The notes under the pieces are model-generated. The model was not told the DNA's origin. It did no database searches and saw only the letters and a program-made list of their open reading frames with translations. The position numbers and the translations under genes are program-made. A DNA stretch of 64,000 bases from Escherichia coli (GTDB taxonomy: Bacteria > Pseudomonadota > Gammaproteobacteria > Enterobacterales > Enterobacteriaceae). Within the stretch, counting starts at the first letter, position 1; every line of letters begins with the position of its first letter. Positions 38,182-47,994 of the stretch are shown one piece after another. The stretch lies in assembly GCF_016903815.1 (NCBI RefSeq), contig NZ_CP069972.1; one strand, written 5' to 3'.

Positions 38182-38202
38182 ATATGTAATCCACCCATAA
38201 TA

Positions 38203-38276
38203 TTGTTATCCTGTTATCCTGCTATCTTGTTATCTTGTTATCTTGTTATCTTGTTATCTTGTTATCTTGTTATCTT
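38203..38276. repeat. Array of about nine tandem 8-bp TTGTTATC repeats upstream of parA (centromere-like)
   Basis: Direct reading; followed by imperfect palindromes (TTAACAACTTGCTAAGTTGTTAA). Confidence 0.65.
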
Positions 38277-38400
38277 AATTAATCTATAAATCAAATACTT
38301 AACAACTTGCTAAGTTGTTAACATAACAAAAATAATTGCATGGTTCGCGTTCAGATGGCAATATTAAGTTGTTAACTTAACAGCTTAATATGAGGCTATA

Positions 38401-39027
38401 ATGATAATAGTATTAGGTAGTCAAAAGGGTGGGGTAGGTAAAAGTACACTGGCGGTATCTATAGCTGCGTATCTGATGTCACTAGGCAATAGAGTGATTA
38501 TTGTCGACGCAGATGACCAGAAATCAGTATTAACCTGGTACAACAATCGCCCTGAAGATCTCCCTCATATTCCGGTTACAGGCGCGACAGGTAACATCAA
38601 AGCCATGTTAAAGGAACACGAAAAATCCTATGATTTTGTTATTGCAGACTGTGCTGGCCGTGATAGCGCAGAAATGCGTAGTGGATTGATGGCCGCAGAT
38701 GTATTCATTTCTCCTTTGCGCCCATCTCAGATGGACCTGGATGTTGTGCCTCATACATGCTCCGTTTTTACAGCAGCAAAAGATTTTAATGAGGATGTTC
38801 GGGGATATCTCGTTTTAAACATGACGCCCACAAATATGTTTGTTAATGAAGCCAATGAGGCAGCTGAAGTACTTAAGGATTACCCTGAAATGCATCTGGC
38901 AAACTCCCGGGTATGTGATCGTAAAGCACATCGAGATGCTTGGGCCGAATCAATGACAATTTTTGAAACGCAAAATGATAAAGCCCAGCAAGAAATCGAA
39001 GCGTTAGTGAAAGAGGTTATTCTGTGA
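38401..39027 (+). CDS. parA: ParA-family partition ATPase (208 aa)
   Basis: Deviant Walker A GSQKGGVGKST. Confidence 0.75.
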   Translation: MIIVLGSQKGGVGKSTLAVSIAAYLMSLGNRVIIVDADDQKSVLTWYNNRPEDLPHIPVTGATGNIKAMLKEHEKSYDFVIADCAGRDSAEMRSGLMAADVFISPLRPSQMDLDVVPHTCSVFTAAKDFNEDVRGYLVLNMTPTNMFVNEANEAAEVLKDYPEMHLANSRVCDRKAHRDAWAESMTIFETQNDKAQQEIEALVKEVIL

Positions 39028-39326
39028 GAAATAGAGCAAACACTTCACCTCGTGACGAGGCAGCATTTATTAACGGTGGCACGGCTGGCCTTGATAATAC
39101 CAAAAAGTCATCAGATAAATCATCGGTTGTAAGCAAAGCAAAACCAGTGAGTATTTCTTTTTTTGAAGAAAACCTAAAAGACATTGATGCCCTTATAACG
39201 GCTGAGATGGTTTCAGGTAAAGGCAGAGTGAATCGTTCTGATGTTGTCAGGGCGGCGGTAGAAGCACTTAAAACACTATCAAAAACAGAGGTATCACGAT
39301 TGATAGCAGAAGTAAAACAAAGATAA
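39024..39326 (+). CDS. Small centromere-binding partner of ParA (100 aa)
   Basis: Overlaps parA stop; small basic protein; flanked by repeat arrays. Confidence 0.5.
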   Translation: MRNRANTSPRDEAAFINGGTAGLDNTKKSSDKSSVVSKAKPVSISFFEENLKDIDALITAEMVSGKGRVNRSDVVRAAVEALKTLSKTEVSRLIAEVKQR

Positions 39327-39330
39327 CACC

Positions 39331-39396
39331 TTGTTATCTTGTTATCTTGTTATCTTGTTATCTTGTTATCTTGTTATCTTGTTATCTTGTTATCTT
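39331..39396. repeat. Second array of about eight tandem TTGTTATC repeats downstream of the par genes
   Basis: Same 8-bp unit as 38203-38276. Confidence 0.65.
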
Positions 39397-39451
39397 CAAT
39401 GTATTTTAGGATGACCTATGTTGAATAGAACCTAAAACAAAACAAATATTA

Positions 39452-39743
39452 ATAGGGGTCCGCTTGGAAAAGGGAAATTTTCCCACGCTAAGAGAATTGA
39501 GTTGAACGAGTGGTTACATCCAGGCCAGCTAACTCACTGAACGTAAAGGCTGTACGAAATGTTCCGGCCGTCCGATAACCGTTTGGCTTACTTCCGTACA
39601 TTCCCTTGCGTAGATGTACAGAATTGTACGATTTCGGACACCAAAACCGCTGTTGTCCCGCCATTCTGGCGATTCCTGAAAGTCCTTTGACTAAAAAATA
39701 GTCTTAACGTGGTTTATTTTCCGAATTCCAAGCGGACCCCTAT
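39452..39743. mobile_element. MITE-like element (about 290 bp) with perfect 18-bp terminal inverted repeats
   Basis: ATAGGGGTCCGCTTGGAA at 39452-39469 and its exact reverse complement at 39726-39743; no ORF inside. Confidence 0.4.
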
Positions 39744-39764
39744 CAGGCCTGCCGTGGGGATTTT

Positions 39765-39926
39765 GTGGTGCGTCTCGACGGCAGCACCTGTCTGCAGTTA
39801 TGGAATAAAGAAGGCAGGGTGGTACGCCGGGAGGGCGATCCGCTGGAAGTGGCGCAGTGGCTGCTGGCCTGTCATGACGCAGGAATAGAAGTTCGCGTAC
39901 AGATAAATGAAAGTGCCGCTCCGTAA
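39765..39926 (+). CDS. Possible small ORF or 3' remnant of a disrupted gene next to the MITE-like element
   Basis: Open frame ending VRLDGSTCLQLWNKEGRVVRREGDPLEVAQWLLACHDAGIEVRVQINESAAP; only GTG starts available; frame runs into the element's right inverted repeat. Confidence 0.25.
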   Translation: MVRLDGSTCLQLWNKEGRVVRREGDPLEVAQWLLACHDAGIEVRVQINESAAP

Positions 39927-39945
39927 GAACACGCCTGTGCACGGT

Positions 39946-40293
39946 TTACACATCATCCCATGGTGGCAGCCGGTTAACTTTCCTGCGCCACCAGTGGAAA
40001 GAGGCCATGCACAGTCCGAACAAAAAACCCCCCGTGATACTTATAATAATGGCCTCACCTGCCACCATTCCTGACGGCCCCCAGTAGATAAACCACATTG
40101 CACATCCCCAGGAAATGCCCCATAAGCCCCCCGTCAGCACCGTGACCTGCCAGAACGGCATAAAGGGTAATGGCGGAAGCCGGATACCCAGCCGCCATAG
40201 AATACGCAGAAGAGGAGGGGCATAATTGCTCCGCCACATCTTTTTGCTGTCCATCAGGGCAATGGCCCGGGCTTTTTTCTGCTCAAAGGTCAC
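39946..40293 (-). CDS. Hypothetical membrane protein (115 aa)
   Basis: GTG start with SD GGAGG 7 nt upstream; two or three TM helices; adjacent to the colicin immunity gene. Confidence 0.45.
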   Translation of the reverse strand: MTFEQKKARAIALMDSKKMWRSNYAPPLLRILWRLGIRLPPLPFMPFWQVTVLTGGLWGISWGCAMWFIYWGPSGMVAGEAIIISITGGFLFGLCMASFHWWRRKVNRLPPWDDV

Positions 40294-40421
40294 AGGAGCA
40301 CCTCCGTTCCATGATGTAAACGTGACACAGCTTATTGTTATTGATTATTATTATCATGCTGTGGTTATGTTGTCATGCATCAGTACACTGACAAAAGTGC
40401 AAAAGAAAGGAAAACAGGCAG

Positions 40422-40757
40422 ATGAACAGAAAATATTATTTTAATAATATGTGGTGGGGATGGGTGACGGGGGGATATATGCTGTATATGTCATGGGATT
40501 ATGATTTTAAATACAGATTACTGTTCTGGTGTATTTCTCTCTGCGGAATGGTTTTGTATCCAGTTGCAAAATGGTATATTGAGGATACAGCTCTGAAATT
40601 TACCCGGCCTGATTTCTGGAACAGCGGTTTTTTTGCTGATACACCTGGAAAAATGGGATTGCTTGCTGTTTATACGGGTACTGTTTTCATATTATCTCTT
40701 CCGTTAAGTATGATATATACTCTTTCTGTTATTATAAAAAGGCTGTCTGTAAGATAG
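40422..40757 (+). CDS. iia: Colicin Ia immunity protein (111 aa)
   Basis: MNRKYYFNNMWWGWVTGGYMLYMSWDY...; convergent with and immediately downstream of the colicin gene; 111 aa as for Ia immunity (recollection). Confidence 0.8.
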   Translation: MNRKYYFNNMWWGWVTGGYMLYMSWDYDFKYRLLFWCISLCGMVLYPVAKWYIEDTALKFTRPDFWNSGFFADTPGKMGLLAVYTGTVFILSLPLSMIYTLSVIIKRLSVR

Positions 40758-40778
40758 ACAGCCTGTCTTATATTTTAT

Positions 40779-42659
40779 TTAAATACCCCAGAACTTATTC
40801 GCTTTTTCCACAAGCGATTCATCAATCAGCGCACCGGTGACAGCCATCAGTAAACCATACCCGATAATGCCTAAAGCGCTTCCGGTAAGAATACTGAAGA
40901 CCAGTGCAACAAGAGCCGTTGCGGCATTGCCTGCTATAATGGCTTCTGTTTTAACAAAAAGAGGACGCCAGTTCTCTGTCCGGACAGCCTTACCAAACTC
41001 AGTGATCCAGTCAGCAAGACTTGTAAATTTTCCTGCATATCCCAGTCCCCGACTGAATCTGTTCAGATTAGACGATATATCAGACAGCTTCACAGACTCA
41101 AGGGCTGCGGCAATCGCTGCACGATCTTTTGCATTAATTTTTTTGTTAATGTCAGCCCGGTACTTTTCATACGTTTTTAATGCCTCTTCAACATTACGTA
41201 TTTTCTTCCCTTTAGCCTGCCCGGCCATCTCTCTGGCTAACTGCTCAGCTTTTGCACCATATTTTTCTGAAACTGATTTCAGGAACTCTGTTGTGAAATT
41301 AATTGCGTCTTTCGTTTCCTTCAGTTCATCCTGTTTTCTTTTCTCTTCCGCTATCTTCTGATTGATGCCGGCAAGCTGGTTACGGATATTCTCTTTTTCC
41401 TTCAACAGGGCATTAAGAGCGTCATTTGCATGCTTTTGCTCATTTGTTCTGGCACTGAGGTTATTTCTCGCCGAATTTACCGCAGATTCAGCAGAGGTGA
41501 TTTTATTTCTGGCATCAAGCAATCTTTGCCGTAACTTATCCCATTCAGCAACTTCAGCATTATAAATTTTCTTGTCACCTTCCACATCCTCTGTCACCAC
41601 CGGATTCCGGTCATTCAGAATATTGCGTTTATAGTCCAGACCGGAATGGGTCAGAAGATAATTCAGGTTTGCACGGTTATCGATGACTGCGCTGGTTGTG
41701 ATTTTTATCGTACCGGCAAATCTCGGATCACCGCTCACAACAATAGAATGATTTGTTGATGAACGCCCCGGGAATTTTTCAGGGGAAACTATCGTTTTGC
41801 CGTCAGGCGTGTTTTTCTGTTGCGTCAGCTGTTGTTCAGCTCTGGTTAATGCATTACGGGCCGTGTTAAGCGATTCCGTCACTGAACTGAGTTTATTCCG
41901 GGCCTCTGAAATGGCCCTGTCATTCCGTGTCTGCTGCCCGAGCAGACGGGCCTGTTGTGCATCAAGAACGGCAAGGGCTGCCCCGCCATTTTTTTCCAGC
42001 TCTGACAACCGCGTGTCCAGAATACCTTTTCTGCGCTCGTATTCAGCAAGCATATCAGCGGCCTTCTTGTCTGCGTTCTGCGCATCCTTCTGCCGTTTTT
42101 CAGCCTGTTCGATTAACGACCTGGCCTCCCGGGGAGATATACGAAGAGAATCAGCATCAGCAAAGAGCATCCGGCTCTCTGTATGCAGCCGGAGGGCATC
42201 ATATCCGGCGATTTCAGTACGGAATCCGTATTCTCTCAGCTCTGCCTGCAGGAGTCTGAACTCCTGTCGTGTAATATCAGCGGCATCTGCGTTTCCGGCA
42301 CGGAGTGTTTTCAGTGTGTTTTCATCTTTTTCCCTTGCAGCAATCGCCGCAGAGAGGCGTTTTCCGGCTTCAGTACGCTTATTCTCATTCTCTTTCTGCT
42401 GCGCGCTGAGCGTGTTTTTGTACGCTGTGATTTCCTTGTCCCTTTTTTCGATATCACTTCGGGTTGGGGAATCATCAACCCACTCGTTTCCGCCCCAGAT
42501 GGTTTTGTTCCCGAAGGAACTCCATGCAGGCGGGGTACCATGAAAGACATCGACACGTGGAGGGTTTACATAAATATCAACGGCCATAATTTCATGGCCA
42601 TCTGAATCATACCCCAGCGATTCTGCACCGGGATTTGTAATACGTACAGGGTCAGACAT
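40779..42659 (-). CDS. cia: Colicin Ia, pore-forming (626 aa)
   Basis: MSDPVRITNPGAESLGYDSDGHEIMAVDIYVNPPRVDVFHGTPPAW... N-terminus and C-terminal hydrophobic hairpin of the Ia/Ib family; Ia vs Ib call rests on the immunity protein. Confidence 0.85.
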   Translation of the reverse strand: MSDPVRITNPGAESLGYDSDGHEIMAVDIYVNPPRVDVFHGTPPAWSSFGNKTIWGGNEWVDDSPTRSDIEKRDKEITAYKNTLSAQQKENENKRTEAGKRLSAAIAAREKDENTLKTLRAGNADAADITRQEFRLLQAELREYGFRTEIAGYDALRLHTESRMLFADADSLRISPREARSLIEQAEKRQKDAQNADKKAADMLAEYERRKGILDTRLSELEKNGGAALAVLDAQQARLLGQQTRNDRAISEARNKLSSVTESLNTARNALTRAEQQLTQQKNTPDGKTIVSPEKFPGRSSTNHSIVVSGDPRFAGTIKITTSAVIDNRANLNYLLTHSGLDYKRNILNDRNPVVTEDVEGDKKIYNAEVAEWDKLRQRLLDARNKITSAESAVNSARNNLSARTNEQKHANDALNALLKEKENIRNQLAGINQKIAEEKRKQDELKETKDAINFTTEFLKSVSEKYGAKAEQLAREMAGQAKGKKIRNVEEALKTYEKYRADINKKINAKDRAAIAAALESVKLSDISSNLNRFSRGLGYAGKFTSLADWITEFGKAVRTENWRPLFVKTEAIIAGNAATALVALVFSILTGSALGIIGYGLLMAVTGALIDESLVEKANKFWGI

Positions 42660-42699
42660 TCGGTATCTCCTTCATCCTCTGAGGAAAACAAATGAATTA

Positions 42700-42760
42700 A
42701 CTGCTTACGCATATGGATACATATACAGTATTAATTTATTAAGGAGAAAATGGCATGTCA
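42700..42760 (-). promoter_or_regulatory. Colicin promoter with LexA-box-like operator
   Basis: Minus-strand TTGACA-17-TAAATT followed by TACTGTATATGTATCCATATGCGTAAGCAG (CTGT...CAG elements). Confidence 0.55.
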
Positions 42761-42937
42761 AGATTTGATGATAGTGATTATCATTAACATGAAGTGATGT
42801 TACACCGTTCAGAAAGCCTGCTGACGCTGTGGCAGCATCACAGTCTGGGTATTCTCTGGTGCAATACAAAAACCGGACTTTCCCGTAACAACAGACAATG
42901 TTACGGGAAAAGTTACAGAACTGAGCCACAAAATATC

Positions 42938-44284
42938 TCAGTACCTGAGATGCATAAAAACACCGTACATATGTTTCTTAAAAGGGGGATGCTCGTTATC
43001 CAGCCATTTCGGTGGATCGGTATGCAGAACACCAATCTGCTTCATGCCGGTATGCTGCCTGGATTTTCTCGCGCAGTAATCACTGTCTTCATATCCCATC
43101 GTTTCGATGACCACTCTGGCCGTCTTTCCGTCAGGAGCCCTTGCTGTGACAATGAAATCCGGCAGTACATATTTCTTTTCACCATTAACATAAACTTCTG
43201 TATCAAACAGGGGCCTTTCCAGACTTAATTCCGGCGTACCTGGCTTTCTTTTAAGCCAGCTGGCCACATTCAGAAGAGCAGTGAGCGTGTTTCGTTCCAG
43301 TTTGCTGTCCACAGGCACCGGACATGTCAGTTGATAAAGAGCATGAGCATACCCTTCACTGCAGATGATTCTGCCATCGGCACTCCGGCAAAAAGCAAGA
43401 ATAACCCAGTAAGGGGGACGTATTCCGCCCTGCGCTTCACCATTAATACTGATCCCCCGCACAGGTCTGATGACCTGAATATTACCGTTCGCCCAGTGAA
43501 TTTCCACAGCATCACGACAGATGTGCTGCGCCATAAAAATCTGAAAGAACATATGCTTTCTTCTGGCAGGCCAGTGTCGTTCTGAATTCTCCAGCGTTTC
43601 CATTAACCGCTCCTGAGACCTTTCAGACATTCCTGGCCGGAAATGGATAATTTCAGATAAGGCTCTTCCCCGAATATACTCCTGCTGTAGTGTAACCTGC
43701 CGTATGGCATCAAGACACTCACGATAATTAGTCCGGATACGGGGATTAGCCAGGGAATCCAGTTTATTCAGCCCTGCATCTTCAATAAGCGACAGGAGTA
43801 AACGGCCAAGGCGCGGACGTTTCTTGCGAACGGAGGAGCGCTCACCATTATGGTAAGCAGAGCGGGCCTGCAGTCTGATAACAGAATTACTGTCATCAGG
43901 TGGTAAAAAGTTTCTGTAATTTATACGGGTGCTAACGGGATGCCGGCTTGCTCCGAAGGATGTTTCCTCTTCATTTCCGGATAACTGACGATACATGGGG
44001 CATTCAGGTGCATGCTCATGATTAAAACTGGACAGATAAAGAGTACCCGTATTGTTTTTAAGAGCAGCAAAATTCATGGCCGGCGAATCTCCCGGAATAC
44101 AGTCACACTGTAACCATGCATCATACTCACGCATTTCCCGGAGAAGATCATTGGCCAGGTTATGTTGTGCCATGGTTGCTGGCCTTTTCAGTCCACAGAC
44201 CGTCTTTACTGCAGTCTCTTCCTCACTGCTAAGCTCCCGAATCACTTTGCCCCGGGGATTCTTCTTTACAAGTATCATTGGCAT
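42938..44284 (-). CDS. Hypothetical protein (448 aa) between colicin and replicon
   Basis: ATG at 44284 with AGGAG upstream; no recognised domain. Confidence 0.45.
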   Translation of the reverse strand: MPMILVKKNPRGKVIRELSSEEETAVKTVCGLKRPATMAQHNLANDLLREMREYDAWLQCDCIPGDSPAMNFAALKNNTGTLYLSSFNHEHAPECPMYRQLSGNEEETSFGASRHPVSTRINYRNFLPPDDSNSVIRLQARSAYHNGERSSVRKKRPRLGRLLLSLIEDAGLNKLDSLANPRIRTNYRECLDAIRQVTLQQEYIRGRALSEIIHFRPGMSERSQERLMETLENSERHWPARRKHMFFQIFMAQHICRDAVEIHWANGNIQVIRPVRGISINGEAQGGIRPPYWVILAFCRSADGRIICSEGYAHALYQLTCPVPVDSKLERNTLTALLNVASWLKRKPGTPELSLERPLFDTEVYVNGEKKYVLPDFIVTARAPDGKTARVVIETMGYEDSDYCARKSRQHTGMKQIGVLHTDPPKWLDNEHPPFKKHMYGVFMHLRY

Positions 44285-44637
44285 AATGAAAGCACTCCTT
44301 ATGTACATGCTTAAACAGTAAGTAAAATATACAAAGAACCCCCCATGAAACAAAGGCAGAGATGAACTGTGCGCCCCGATATCTTCTTCTGATATCCTTT
44401 CAAATGAATTGTTTTTATTTATATCATGACAACATTAAAGTGAGAGAATATATCAACCATGTTTCTGTCAGGGTTCAGTAGAATATCAATTCGACTGTCA
44501 CGCCATAACTGTAACTACCTCGAGTATAAATATTCAGAGAATGGACTTATTAGCCATGAAAAATCACCTGATGGGAAATTTACTAATTTATGGATTGTGA
44601 TATTATTAAAGAGTAAAACCAGCCAGCCGAGGTATTT

Positions 44638-45240
44638 ATGGGAAAAAATCAGGAAGAAAGGAAAACTCCCGTCATTGTGGTGAAAAAACGTCGTACTTTT
44701 TCGCCACCGTCCTTATCCGAAAAAACAGATATTATCGCACCTGTATTTACTGAACAGACGGCAGAATCAGCCCCCGCCGGAATAAATTCATCTGCCGTCG
44801 AAACACATATCCCCGAAGCGCCAGCCAGGAAGAAGAAAAAGAAAAAACGCCGTTTCCCACGTCCCTCCCACTGGACCCGTGAGTATACTCACGAGTGCGT
44901 GGAAAAAATAAAGATCCTGTTTCCTCATCTTCGTGCTGAAGGTGGTGGATTTATTCCCCTGAAAATTGGCATAAACAATGATATTTCAGCATTTCTGGCA
45001 GAACACCCGGAGACAGAACTGACCATGGACGAATGGCTCTGTGCAGTGTCCTGCATCACCTCACGCCGTGTATATCTGCAGCGGACAGCTGTCGCCGGCG
45101 TCCCACGTTATGGTCTGGATGGTCACCCCAAAGGGCAGGTCTCAGACTCTGAAGCACAGAGTGCCGGTCGCAGACTGGCGACATTAGAACAAAAGTTGCT
45201 CAGGATGCAGGCACAGCAGGAGAATATTTCTGGGCAATAA
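44638..45240 (+). CDS. FinO/ProQ-domain RNA-binding protein (FopA-like, 200 aa)
   Basis: Hallmark FinO/ProQ segment ...GFIPLKIGINNDISAFLAEHPE...; basic N-terminal tail with KKKKKKRR. Confidence 0.6.
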   Translation: MGKNQEERKTPVIVVKKRRTFSPPSLSEKTDIIAPVFTEQTAESAPAGINSSAVETHIPEAPARKKKKKKRRFPRPSHWTREYTHECVEKIKILFPHLRAEGGGFIPLKIGINNDISAFLAEHPETELTMDEWLCAVSCITSRRVYLQRTAVAGVPRYGLDGHPKGQVSDSEAQSAGRRLATLEQKLLRMQAQQENISGQ

Positions 45241-45295
45241 ACACTCCTGATAACAGCTGGACATTACGTATCAGAAAAATGGGAAGAGAATTATT

Positions 45296-45805
45296 ATGAG
45301 TAAATCAGGTGCAGAAAAAATTCAATTCATCCTGAATAATCATGAACAGGCATACAGACGCCTGAAGCCTGTATATACTTTTTTAGAACTGGCATCTTGG
45401 ATTTCGGTTGTTCTGCTGATTATATACCTATCAGGCAAGAATCACGTGCTTACAGCAGCTTTTCTCTGCTTTGCATGGACAGCATTCTGGGTTCTTTTCC
45501 TTTTACATTATTTCCCAAAAGTTTTCTTTATTCTCGATCGTCAGAGTCTGCTCAACCTCATGGAGGCCACCAAAGACTCACCAGATGTAAAGCAGGAGCT
45601 GCTTAACCGCCTTTTTTCCGGAAAAAGAATGACCGGGCGGGATGAAATGGATATCTGCCGTCTTCTGAGAAAAAATGAAGAAGAAAAAATCCGTCAGAGT
45701 GAACTGAATATCATCAGGAATTTTATTGATGAACAGCAGTTAACGAATAGTGATATTCCGAAGAAAAGTACGGTTCCAAATGAAGATAAAAAAGGCATAA
45801 GATGA
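45296..45805 (+). CDS. Hypothetical membrane protein (169 aa)
   Basis: Two N-terminal TM helices, charged C-terminal tail. Confidence 0.4.
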   Translation: MSKSGAEKIQFILNNHEQAYRRLKPVYTFLELASWISVVLLIIYLSGKNHVLTAAFLCFAWTAFWVLFLLHYFPKVFFILDRQSLLNLMEATKDSPDVKQELLNRLFSGKRMTGRDEMDICRLLRKNEEEKIRQSELNIIRNFIDEQQLTNSDIPKKSTVPNEDKKGIR

Positions 45806-46499
45806 TATGAAATTAATAACCAGGCAAGCAGAGGATGGCGTGGTTTCATCCTAAGATTGATAGGGGTTAACCTGTAAGATAAAAGGACCGTGTTTACACG
45901 ACGTCTCTGAAGGGCTTCGTTTGGGAAACGGACAATATCTAACTGACGAGGAAATTAAATAAGGGTTTAAAAATTAACGCACCATATATTATACACAGTA
46001 TATAACGATTCAGATATCGTCACCAGGATATGCCGCGTCAGCGGCATGGAAGGCGGCACGCTGTGGTTACATGTGATACCGGAGTAAAACCGCCGAAGCC
46101 CGGCGTAAGCCGGTACGGATTGATAGATTTCACCTTACCCATCCCCAGCCCTGCTAGACCATACCCGTTTTCAGTCATGACAGAGCTTCTGTGCGCGGTC
46201 GGAGTGGTCCCGACAAGGGTTTACCCGCAGTCGGGGCGTATCTCCGCGTTAGCGGGCCGTAAGGGCCGCTTACGAGCGTGTACTGAGGACTTCCAGCCAG
46301 AAGACTGGCAGCGATGACAATGTAGTTACAACATTCATAATTAAAAGCGATGTTGTTCCCGCCCTTTGGGCGGGGGCGGCCTCGCTTTTCAGTTATGAGG
46401 GGTGGGCACGGTGCTGCGTTTGTGTGGTGTTTTTATTCCTGATGTTTTTTTGTTGTGGTTTCAGAACGGTGAGGTTCGGGGCCCGCGCGTCAGCGTGGG

Positions 46500-46870
46500 A
46501 GGTGCTTTTAGATTCTGAGCGGCGCGGCCTTGGCCGCTGCAAGCGAAGGCCTCTTTGTATTTGTTCACAGTGGTCTCAGAGATAAAGATTTTCCCTGCGG
46601 CGAAGCAACGCAGGGGATTAAATAATGGGGTTAAGACTATATTGCAGGTTTGCTGTTTCAGGTTTGCAGCTTCTTAAAGTTCTTTGTTTGCGGATTTATG
46701 TGGATAACTGAAACAACGTGGCCATGTTCTGATGACTGATGCGTGGTTTTATGGGCAGATATGCCCCTCTGAGGGGATTTAAGGTGACTACTAAGGATTT
46801 TGGGCTGAGCGGAATCTGCGCCGAAAGCCCCGGAGGGGCTGGCGATGATTCAGTGCTGAGGGAATGATGC
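46500..46870 (-). other. Replication origin region (oriV and CIS-like sequence) downstream of repZ
   Basis: Perfect DnaA box TTATCCACA (reverse complement at 46699-46707) about 170 bp downstream of repZ stop; GC-rich hairpins. Confidence 0.55.
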
Positions 46871-46873
46871 TGT

Positions 46874-47905
46874 CTAGTGCGGTGGCGGGGCAGCCAGCGT
46901 CAGTTCAAGCTGACGCAACTCCCTGATGGCCAGTCGCTTCAGATGGTCATCGGAACAGAAATAGGCTTCATCCGGCGGCAGACGCTTCCGGAGATGCTCA
47001 GCCATCTCATAAATCTGCTGGTCAACAGGTAATTTCTTCAGGCGGTTGGCACGCTTGCTGGCTGCGGCTTTTTCTCGGCGCTTCTTCAGGGCATCCTGGC
47101 TGCGCTGCAGATACCAGCGTTTTCTGGCCGCATGAACGGAGATATCTTCATCCTCACGCAGAACACCTTCCCGAATGAGCTGCTGGCGGATTTCACTTTC
47201 ACGCAGTCGTTTCTGCTGCTGTTCGTGAAGTTTTACCATGTCGACGCCCAGCATCTGCCAGCCTGCCGGTGTTATCCAGACGTAACGTGGCAGACGCTGA
47301 CGATGTTCACGGTCCCACATTGTTTCCTCTGACACACCCAGCACACCAAAGCGCACCTGTTCGGCCAGCAGACGGGAAAGACGGGAGACCGTCACTTCCA
47401 GTTCCGGAATAACATGTCCCTCGCTGTCTTTCGGGCTGATTTCTTCAGCCAGCCGAGTGACGCTCATCCCCACGGTATGTGTGCCGGCATCACTGAAGCT
47501 GACCAGAACCGGCCAGATGGCATCGAGGAGACGTTGTTTTTCCGGCCGGAAAGCGTATTTGCGACCGACGAACGTCCGTTTCTGTACATAAAAAGGATGC
47601 CGCGACATGCGCATGCGCAGGCTCTGCTCGCCGGTCACCGGGTCCTTTTTCACCAGACGGTTATAGGCGTGCCCAAGCTGCCCTTTCAGCGCTTTATAGC
47701 GCTCAGGACGATACCAGGACGGATTTTCGCATTTGGGTTTGGTGGAGTGCTCACCGCGACGGCGCTTCGTGCGCTTCCTTTCCGGTTCAACCAGGAAAGT
47801 GGTCGCCCTTCCCGCTTCATAGTCTTCCCAGAAACGGATCTGCTCTTCGGGTGCTAACTGACTCCAGTGTACTGCGTTATATGGAGTATTCTTCAGACCT
47901 GCCAC
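46874..47905 (-). CDS. repZ: Replication initiator RepZ (343 aa, GTG start coupled to repY)
   Basis: GTG at 47905 lies 7 nt before the repY stop; 343 aa as ColIb-P9 RepZ (recollection); the 358-aa track ORF starts at an upstream GTG. Confidence 0.8.
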   Translation of the reverse strand: MAGLKNTPYNAVHWSQLAPEEQIRFWEDYEAGRATTFLVEPERKRTKRRRGEHSTKPKCENPSWYRPERYKALKGQLGHAYNRLVKKDPVTGEQSLRMRMSRHPFYVQKRTFVGRKYAFRPEKQRLLDAIWPVLVSFSDAGTHTVGMSVTRLAEEISPKDSEGHVIPELEVTVSRLSRLLAEQVRFGVLGVSEETMWDREHRQRLPRYVWITPAGWQMLGVDMVKLHEQQQKRLRESEIRQQLIREGVLREDEDISVHAARKRWYLQRSQDALKKRREKAAASKRANRLKKLPVDQQIYEMAEHLRKRLPPDEAYFCSDDHLKRLAIRELRQLELTLAAPPPH

Positions 47906-47982
47906 AAGCTGTCGCTTATGGCGGAGCGATTGTGCCGTGTATTTATACACTGCACAGGGTTGAATCTCTGGTACGGTTTCAT
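47893..47982 (-). CDS. repY: Leader peptide RepY (29 aa)
   Basis: ATG at 47982 to TGA at 47893 encodes MKPYQRFNPVQCINTRHNRSAISDSLWQV; stop overlaps repZ start region. Confidence 0.65.
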   Translation of the reverse strand: MKPYQRFNPVQCINTRHNRSAISDSLWQV

Positions 47983-47994
47983 TATACTTTACCC

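Noticed and set aside
38203-39396. Possible CRISPR array (TTGTTATC tandem repeats)
   Set aside because: 8-bp unit with no spacers and no cas genes; fits centromere-like repeats flanking a par locus
46030-46317. 95-aa ORF in the GC-rich region upstream of oriV
   Set aside because: No RBS, Arg/Pro/Gly-rich implausible product; region looks structured and non-coding
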